A stretch of 62,314 bases of DNA, the filler included, from Streblomastix strix (lineage: Eukaryota), in the NCBI GenBank assembly GCA_008636045.1. It is 3 parts of 3 records of this genome, joined end to end, with 100 filler letters (N's around TTAATTAATTAA, not from the genome) between each part and the next. Parts side by side here need not be neighbours in the genome. Positions count along the whole stretch, not along the records: positions 41,633 to 62,314 come from SNRW01000420.1; 2 more parts are not named here. One strand, written 5' to 3'. Under the pieces are notes generated by a model. That model was not told the DNA's origin. It was given only the letters and a program-made list of their open reading frames with translations, and made no database searches. The first letter of the stretch is position 1. Each line of letters starts with the position of its first letter. Position numbers and translations under genes: made by a program. Of this stretch, positions 52,901 through 62,314 are shown one piece after another.

Positions 52901-55900
52901 CAATCATCTTCATCCTCTTCTGATATATAATCATTTGAGAAATAAAAAATAAATGAGAACAAAATAGAATTCACTGCAAAATCGTTTGAATAGTTTATAA
53001 AGACAATTACAAATTCATATGTTATTATATTATATGATGAAACAGACATGCATCTGCGTATTGGATAATTAGATTTATCTCATATGAATTTAGATTTTGG
53101 GAAAGGTGAAAATTCAATGAAAAATTCTTCATCAGAATTACAAGAATAATAAAATAAAAGAGAAACTGTGGATGATTACTACAATTAAGACAGTTTTGGA
53201 ATATCTACTTAACTGTACAATTTCTTCAGCATGGTTTGCGTGAGTATTCCAACTCAACAAGGATTTAATGAAACAAATAAATATTAAAGATCTTTTATCA
53301 ATGAATTATAAGATGCTTCTGATGAGTTGGGATATAATACAAAAAATATAAATAAACTTGAAGAATTTATGAAAGAATGCGATGATAATGAAACGAAATA
53401 AGATATTGATTATGTTTAGAAAATGATAAAAATAAATGAAAATTCCAATTAATCTGATTTTGATTATGATAAAAGTTCGAATTCTTAAGTAAGTAATGGA
53501 GCTACTTCAATAATTGATGCATAATCAGGAAAAACAAACAATAAATATGATTTAAATAAGGATGAATATATTAAAAATAAATCAATCGAATTTGAAGAAT
53601 AATAAAAAGAATATAAAATGTAAATAGGAGAAAGTGAACTTATTAAACCTATGAATGTTGGAGAATTTAATGATAGATACGCACGATCACTGATTTGTGT
53701 TCTTGGAAGAGAAAGTACATTTGGATAATAAAGATCAGAAGTCTTATTGAATGAAAAAGATTCAAACTCATAAACTCAATAATAATAATAATTTGATCTT
53801 GAAAATGAAATATTCTATGAGAGCATGCTTACAGATATATTCATCTTCGAAGTTGATCGTTAACATTTGCTTGATGATGCAAGATATAAAGCTTAACAAC
53901 TTCTAAATTAATAACATGAAAATAATAATTATACAAATAAAAACAAAATTCATTTTGATGATGAATGTATACAAACAGCATTGAATCAAAGTGATGTTCT
54001 AGAATATTCATTTGGAGATATGAATACAAGTCCAATGACAGCATTAAATAATGAATCTTTACTTCTTAATATTTCATTGACATTACATAAAAGAATTCGT
54101 ATTGTAGGAGGAGTATAAGGAATCTATTCATACTTTTCTTCATTAATAGTTCTTAATGGACCAAGCGCTTTTGTTTTTCTTGTAACTCCTCGGTTTGATG
54201 ACAAATAATTAAGAACAATAAGTAAAATATATAAATTATATGGGAAAGGATAATTAATTGAAAAGAATATTATGAAGAAAAAAATAATTAAATAAAATGA
54301 GATTTAAAATGTTAATTCAAATAAATTAGATAAAATCACTGATTCTGATAATGAGGAATAAGATTAATATTTCCATATTGAAAGTTGTTCATGTATTAAT
54401 CCGATGTTTTCTGAAAATGGAGAGTTATTTCCTTCAGCACCGTTTCATGCTTCAATCAAAACTGTTCGTATACTCAACAGTAACGAGGTAAATCATAACT
54501 ATTAATCTAATAAACCTCTTCTGAAAACAAGGTATTATTAAACATTCAACAACGAAACTTTATAACTTTCATCAAAAGCTACATATTCTTATTAGATAAA
54601 CAGTCCCTTTGTTTTTGACGTTCTTTAAATTGCACTTATTATTGCACCTTCTCCGATTACATCATTTTCATTAGAAACTATAAATTCTCGCCCTATTTCA
54701 GTTCCACTTCCCCAATCTGTTTAATCTTCTACTATTTTTAATGATTAGAGCACTTTGCGAGGTCTTTTTTTTATTCATAAATTAGGAAACCTTGCTCCTT
54801 TATATATGTCGCGTAGGCCATATCTTCGTGCTTTAATAGCATTTGCACCCTGTGGAATTGCATTACTTGATATGTAATTAAACCCATTTTCACACATGGC
54901 CGATATTAATTTAATTCAATAACGTCGCTTCTGTGCATTCAATCCAAAAGATGGTGAGATTATTGAAGATTATTTAAAGAAATCTAAAAAGATGATTTTG
55001 AATAATAAAAAGAAAAAGAAAAAAAAGAAGAAAATTTCTCATTCAGAGCAAAAATAAAAATCAAATGTTTCATCATAACCTCCCGTGAAACCAAAATTTA
55101 TTCCACCATCTTTAATGGTTTTCTACAAAAGGTAAGATCCTTAAATGATCAAGTTGCCTAGTACATCAATTTTACCACCTTCTTTTGCTTAACGTAGATG
55201 TTCACACTGCAGTAAAATCCTAAAGTATGAAAATAATCCTATCAAGCTTAATTATAATATATTTTAATAATCATCATAATAATTAATTCAATAAAACATT
55301 CCATTTAGTCAAAATTAATTTCAAAATACAAACAGTGTTTCTAAATAAGATAATTCTAAACATTAATTATCTTCAAATAATCAAATTTAATCATCTTTAA
55401 AAATGCCTCCAATTTCTGGTAGTGATCTTGCAAGAGTTGCAGGAATTTAGCTTAAGCATCATCCAAGAGATCTTGTTCGAGCAGCAGCGACATTTGGACA
55501 GAAAATTAAATTAATTGGGCAAGCATATGTGTCATCTCTCATTATTGATGCAACTCTTCTTGGTTTTAATTAATTTGGATTGATTGTAGATAAAGATATT
55601 CTTATTTATGCACTTTTACCTAATCCACTATACAAACGAATGAAACATCATCAATAAAAAGCTTAAAATGTTGCATCTGTTGAAAATGAATATCTTCCAA
55701 TGTGCGCAGTATTAAACATACACATTCCATGTTCTCGTCACTACACGTTTATTTATAAATGCAATCTTGGCATAAATTCAATATTCAGTGGTCTATAGAG
55801 TGACTTTTTGAAGAAAATGTATCGGAATTTATATTTATTGAAAAAATAAAATATAATTATAAATGAACCCTTAGAAGATCCAAATAAACAAAAGCATGAT

Positions 55901-58184
55901 TAATAATAAACTTCATAAGATAATTCTGAAATTGAAAAAGATTTAAAGCTTTAGATTGATTAATAAATATAAGTTGAGGATGATTCCCTTTATGCCGAAG
56001 ATTTTGAAAATGATTACTTTCTACATTAGAAAAAGCAAAATGAATCTATAAATGAATTATACGACTTATCAAAGAGTGAAACATTACAAAATTTACCATA
56101 GATCCCCTCGTTTGTTGTATTTAGTCGCTCTGGCGCTATAATCCGTAGTATACCTACAAATTATAATAAAATACCTATGAAGGACTTATTCTCAGCCATG
56201 CACATATATTCTTTGCAAGACCAAAACTTTGGGGATAGTTGGAAACAGCCACAAACACAACTCTTTAATGACTTTTGGCGAGTTGAAGAATAAACATTCC
56301 GAATAACTGCAATTGAACAAGCTATTCGTGAATATATTTCAACAGGACGAATTGCTCGACGACCCCCAAACCCACAAAATGAATATTTATCTCCAATTTA
56401 TGTTTTGAAAACCGGACGTTATTTTGAAAGTCAAGTATGTTGATTTATTATATATAACTTTCATTTTGCTGTAAATATTTTTTTTTATAAATTCTATATA
56501 AATTTTAATTATTTATTTTATTATATTCAATTTCCATATAATAACCATAATTCAGTCAATTTTTGGAATCTCTCCACTCCCAATATAAACAGGATCTACA
56601 AACTATAAGATTCTTAACTATAAAAATGCAGTTGCTACATTAGACAGATTTATCTTTTATGGTCGAACTATGAATCAACATCGACTTATTATCCGAGAGG
56701 TGATACGATAACTTATCAGAAATGTTGAAAATTTAAAACTGCCAGATGAAAATAACAATTAATTATTTAAATATGATTATTAAACATAATTCATTAAACT
56801 AATTTATTTACTTGTTCGTTCATTGATAAAACCAATGTATTTCTTTAAAAATGATAATGGAAATGAATTTTTAAAAGAGTTCCAATTTCTATATAAACAA
56901 ACTTAAATTGGGTTACATTTACTATCATTAGCAGTTAGAAATCCAAAAGATAAATATTTCAAACGAATTAAATTAGAATTTCAACAATCGCTCTAAAATG
57001 GAAGAGAAAAAATTATTGAGAATTAATTTTGGTTTAAATATCGAAATATAATCTTTTAAGAACCCATTGGAATAGAAAGAGATTTTAATATTCAATTTGA
57101 AGACAATCCAGCTATTGATGATATCATTTCTCATCATCTTATTTATATTCCAATCAAACCTTTAAAACAATAAAATTCACATGATTCTTAATATTCTCTA
57201 GATTTATTCAAAATATCAGAAAAACTATTTTATAACAAATTTCATCTTCAAAATGAAGGATTGAGTTTGAAATTGAATAATTTGTTTTAATCATTGGTTA
57301 AAGAAAATAAGAATATACAATTTAAGAGCATGAGTAAATATTTTTTTAAATAAATTCAGGCAAACTCTATAGATAATAAAAATTCTACTGATAAAAGTAT
57401 TAATGATGAACTCATATTTTTATAACCAAACATTTCACCAGAACAGAATATAATTATTCAATAATAGACAATTTCACATACCCAGGATGATAATAAATAA
57501 TTTCAAATTGGATCAACTTCACAAGAACATATTGTAAACTAGTATGAAACTACTGATAATGATTTATCAAACGATTTAGCAAATAAAGATACTGAATAAC
57601 AACCAATTCATAACATATCTTCAAACCACATACAACAACCCTTACTTTAACATGCTCAATATAATCAGCACTTTCCGCATTTCAATCAAATAAGAAAAGA
57701 TGAGGATTGGAGTGAAAATATTGGTGTTATTTAAATCAATAATAGCAATGAAAGCAATGAACCTGAAAAAGATTAAAATTCTTAAGATTCCATTAATATT
57801 TGATGTTAAATAATACCAATGAGTTTATCTGAGATTAATAAAAATAAAGAAAGTGAAAATCATGATTAGAATTTATAACCTCTATAACATTCACTAAGTA
57901 CTTCACTTTCAAAGACATCTTTATTTTCATTCGATTTATTGCCAAATTCATTTTTTAATATCACAGGGGCAGAAGATTAAATATCAGATTTTTAGGAATT
58001 ATATTAATTTAATTAGCAATCTATTCAGATTGTACCTATTTCTGATAATCGTTCTTCTCATAATCATATAGACTCAGAAATTCAAACCCAGAACAATTAA
58101 CCTGTATAAGATCCTCTAATTATATATGTGAATAATAATTAAGAAGATAATATAGAATAAGATATAAATAACAATAAATCATGA
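46903..58184 (+). CDS. Very large DDB1/CPSF160/SF3B3-family beta-propeller protein, most DDB1-like
   Basis: VVGRFF...LVLAK, DCLFVLS, GVGNGRTGALHCVTQG, TLALGAAHGAYIQITTSEVRII and LTFGTVDQ..ILRNI..LP..PLAISH; introns at ~47041-47099, 47216-47291, 47446-47509 and 56436-56555; ~8.9-kb exon open only if TAR=Gln; TGA at 58182-58184. Confidence 0.75.
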
Positions 58185-59133
58185 TAAATTAAACCAATAT
58201 TTTTTAAGAGTAGAATGAGATTTATTGTTTTATATGTTTTCACTCGAATTATTATATTTTTCATAAATTATTATTTTTTAATATGCATTACCATGTTTTT
58301 GAATGAATTATCAATTTTAATGTCATCAAACTACAAATTTTTTTATTTATTAATTTATGTTTATTTAACTCATTATTTTTTTCTCCTATTATATTATTAA
58401 AGTATCTATTATAAAATTCAACTATAATCTTCCATTTTATTATTAACTTTTATTTTTCACTCTTAATATTTATATTTATTTCATCATACCCATTAAAATA
58501 CTACTCTGTGAAATTATTAATTTTGCATATTCGGTGTTTTAAAAGTTTATTTTTTCTTATTTTATCAATATATATTTAACGAAAAAATAAATAACTGGCA
58601 TCATAAACTCTTAATGTTTAGCTATTTAATTAGTTTTTTTTTATGAAAATTATCTGAACTTATCGTTTTGACTAATGCCATTTAAAGTTTTTGATATTAA
58701 AAACTTAGTCTTATTTTTGTTCTTCATTAATAATGTTACAGTTTTTATATTCTTTATTTCATTTTATAACCTGCTGGATATTCTCTTAACTAGTTTTATC
58801 TAAGCATCTATATATTTTCTAATCTCCTCGTAATATATATATTATAAACAACTTTATCTGTTTGTTCACGTATAAAAGAAAATCTTTAAGTAGTGCAATT
58901 ATGAAATATAAAAGAGAAATCAAGCAATTTGATTTTAATAAAACAAAGATATTAAGTGAATATTATTTATTTATTGCATGTTATGGGGGAGAATAGATAT
59001 AGAAATATAATGAACCTCTTTTCCTCTAAGTTATATACACAAATTCAATAAATGAGTATAATATAGATTGCATGACGTGTAAATTAACTCATTCTGCTTT
59101 ATAAAATTCAATCTTCATCGAATGATTCAATAA

Positions 59134-62100
59134 TCAAATATCTTATTCTTATTCAGCAGAATATGACAGTAATTTGCTTTGTGATCCAAAAGATTTTTCT
59201 TCAGAATTCACACCTTATCTGCTGATGAATTATATATATAATATATAAATAATAATAAAATTTAATGATATTTTTTCCTTATAATTAATTTAATCGTATA
59301 AATCTTTAATTTTATGCATACACAACAACTCCAACTTGCGAATCTGCTTTTTATCCATCAACAACGACTTCTTCAGAACTTAAGGACTCATTTGCAAACA
59401 TTCGCACTTTCCCCTGAATTGAAATAAATTATTCAAATGAACGAAAAAACATATTGAAATTATAATTAAATTATATAATATTAATTAATATAAATCCAAA
59501 TTTATAATTAAAATTTAATATATTCTCATATTATAATATATTCATACTTAATATCCAGAATCTTATTCCCATTTCTTCTATGATTCACTTGGTATATTAT
59601 CTGCAACATTCTTTTCTTAAATCTTTTCATCCTTCTTCTGATTCAAATCTTACGAATTTCGACTCTTCTTTGCATCTGAATCTTTCTCACTTTTGCCACT
59701 TTTTCTATCTATGAATTTGACCAGATCATTTTTCCCTGTTTGTTTATTGTCTCCATCAACAGAAGGAACAGAAGATTATTTTGATGTGCTTACTCTTTCT
59801 TTCTTATGTGTTGATTCTTCAGATGATGATTATAATTATGATGATGATGAAGAAGAAGTCGTTCTTTCTGATTCATCACTTCCTTCTGATTCATCAGAAG
59901 CATCCTATATTGATCTATGCGAAGATTTCCCCTTTCGCTGTTATTAAGTTATGTCCGTGCTTTGTTCGCCAATCAAGGCGGAATCTGAACTTTTCAATGT
60001 ATGTAATTATTGTTGTCTTTTTGCATTATCGATGTTTTCTTCTTCGCTTTCTCTGTATTGTTCATCATCACTGTTGGATCCTTATTAGCGCTGAACTTTG
60101 CTGGCTTTCTTGGGTGCACTGGATTGTGTTGATATATAATTAATTGAGTGAATGAATAAGAACATATATAATAATATAATAATACAAATAATAGCGTTAA
60201 CAAATAAAATATTAAATAACCTTTTTGATTTCTTCACATTCCTCTTAACTTTATCTTTATTGTTAGATTTACTCTTTTTATTTTCCTTAAATTTCTACAA
60301 TTTCTTCTTGATCTTCTTTTTCTCATCTTTCTTATTTATCTCATCAATAGCTTCCTAGCTCTGCATACTGGTGGAGTCGTCAGTTTCTTGTGATACTTTG
60401 TCTGTTTTAGGTGATTAAGCAGAATCATCACTCTACTATGTGAAGTAATATATGCTCAGATTGATCTACTTATCGCTCTGAGTATCATCTTTTTTTGAGG
60501 AGAAATTGTCTTGGTCTTTTTTATGGCTGAATTTCTTTTATTGGTTTTTCTGATTGGTTTGTGATTTGTTCTTTTTTTCTTTTTGCTTCTATTTGTTTTT
60601 CTTATCAATATCTTTTTCTTAATCATTATTTTTCACTTATTATTAACTCTTTCTTTAAAAGATCTGTTTAACCTGTTTTTGAATCTGATCCTAACTTTAT
60701 TATTCAGACGAAATACAATCTCCTGTTTGCTATTCCATATCTCTATAGACAACTTGTCCTTAATTGCCGGTTTGACTTCCTTCTTCTTCTTCTTCAGAAA
60801 TTGTATCGCTGCTTTGCTTTGTTTATTAATCTTGAGTCTTCTGATGGATTTGATTTACCTTCTAAATACTTCTTTTCCTAGGTTAATTGCTTTAATCAAC
60901 CATTTCACCAATAAAATCTTCAGTAAGTTCACTTAAATATTCTGGAGATTAAATCTGTCTAGTTTGCTTTTTCTTATCTACATCTTGAATATCCTGTGAT
61001 TATTATTGATCTGGTTATTAAATTTCTTTATTCTTTTGTTTGTCTGAATATAATACAATGCAAATGATGACAATTACAAGTATGATCAAAATAAGAAGTG
61101 GAATTCCAACTGATAAACCAATGATCGCTCCAGTTGAAAGTCCGGATGAAACATCTTCATGTTCTTCTTCTGTTGGAGATGTTTATTCTTCTTCAAAATT
61201 CAAGGATGCATCAACCCATTCAGATTAACTTCCTTTTGTATATTCAATAACTCTCAACCCGTATTTCGATTCACTTGTTGCATCTGTGAATGAAGAACTT
61301 GGAAGATCAAGTGAGAATTTGTCAATACTTTCCCATTATGCACCAGCTGCGTTTGATGAAGTTTCATTCAGATTCTGATATAAAAATGTTTATCTATATT
61401 GATTTCTGACTTCAAGGATCAAGATTCTATCACATGGATTCAGATAATTTCCGCTTACGGTTGCTTTAACTGTCTTTGATCCTGATTCATCTGATTTAAT
61501 TGCGATACTTCCTGATGTAGCTTATGGTGCAAGACGACCAACAATCAGAATTCCAGGTGATCTGATAATTGAATTGCATTCTTTAAATGAGTCTGCAAAT
61601 ACCCAAGTCTCTTAATTTTAGATGAAACTTGGAAGTGCATTGGTATTGATTTCAACTGATGTTGTTATTGGATATCCACTTGCGTCGATTCCATAACAAA
61701 CAACATGAGTTTGCATTCCTGAAAGTGATGATCCAACTCGTTCTCCGTTTGAAATAAGTGTGCTTGTTGAATCGACAGATAATTATGCTCCTCCAGAAAC
61801 ATAGATTCCAGTTCCTTCAGATTCTCTAACTGTTGTTCCAATCAATGTAACTTTACCAGTTGATGATCCTACAATAAGAGGAGCATAATTCAAGCTGCAG
61901 ATTTCATTAATTCCTTTCCCACTCCATTTCTCAGCAAATGATCCACTTCCACTGATAATGCTGTCTATAAATGTTAGAATTCCAGGAATTGAGCTGATTT
62001 CTCCATATTTCCCAGATTCTGGAACAACAGATACAACTGGGATTTCTTCAGCACCAATGAATGAACGAATCCTGGTGACTTGAATGGAATCAAGATTGAG

Positions 62101-62224
62101 TTCTCCTCCATTTGTGACTCGGAAGAGAGAATCAATTGGTTGACTTCCAACTGTTGGTCTGAAAGAGATTTGATTTGATGAAGTAATGTGATTATTACCA
62201 AGGAAAGTAACTTGTAATCCTAAA
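59134..62224 (-). CDS. Type I membrane surface protein (beta-helix-like ectodomain, TM helix, charged tail); 5' end missing
   Basis: LFRVTNGGELNLDSI...TVRESEGTGIYVSGGAQLSVD, TM GAIIGLSVGIPLLILIILVIVIICIVLY (~61050-61130) and Lys/Glu-rich tail exons separated by AT-rich introns. Confidence 0.75.
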
Positions 62225-62314
62225 TGTAAGATATTATATAATAAAATATTAAATTAATAAAATTATACATTAATATATTATATTTATTATATATTATTTC
62301 TCTATTTAATACAA

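Noticed and set aside
621..62201. Most ORFs in the supplied track
   Set aside because: Computed with TAA/TAG as stops; they are shadow frames or fragments of longer TAR=Gln genes.
1..62314. rRNA or tRNA genes
   Set aside because: None recognised by eye; a covariance-model search was not possible.

Overview
AT-rich eukaryotic (protist) DNA in which TAA/TAG encode Gln and TGA is the only stop, so the supplied standard-code ORF track is almost entirely artefactual. Short GT-AG introns, this code and the gene content suggest an oxymonad such as Streblomastix (inference; a ciliate is not excluded). The window is three ~20.7-kb contigs joined by artificial N44-TTAATTAATTAA-N44 linkers (1-20722, 20823-41532, 41633-62314). 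Contigs 1 and 2 are dominated by decaying endogenous Polinton/Maverick-like DNA viruses written in the host code. They contain three protein-primed PolB genes (each with an N-terminal Cys/His protease-like region, a Zn finger and an HNH insert), two rve integrases with Asp at the usual third (Glu) catalytic position, two A32/FtsK-like packaging ATPases, a putative major capsid, a putative penton, a KilA-N gene, two phage-like fibre genes and a recurrent intergenic motif. A hAT transposase relic, a TTAA-flanked MITE-like element and the start of a PB1-domain host gene are also present. Contig 3 holds host genes: NPHP4-like (-), a very large DDB1-family beta-propeller gene (+) and a type I membrane protein (-). 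All calls come from manual translation and motif recognition; boundaries of degraded genes are approximate.
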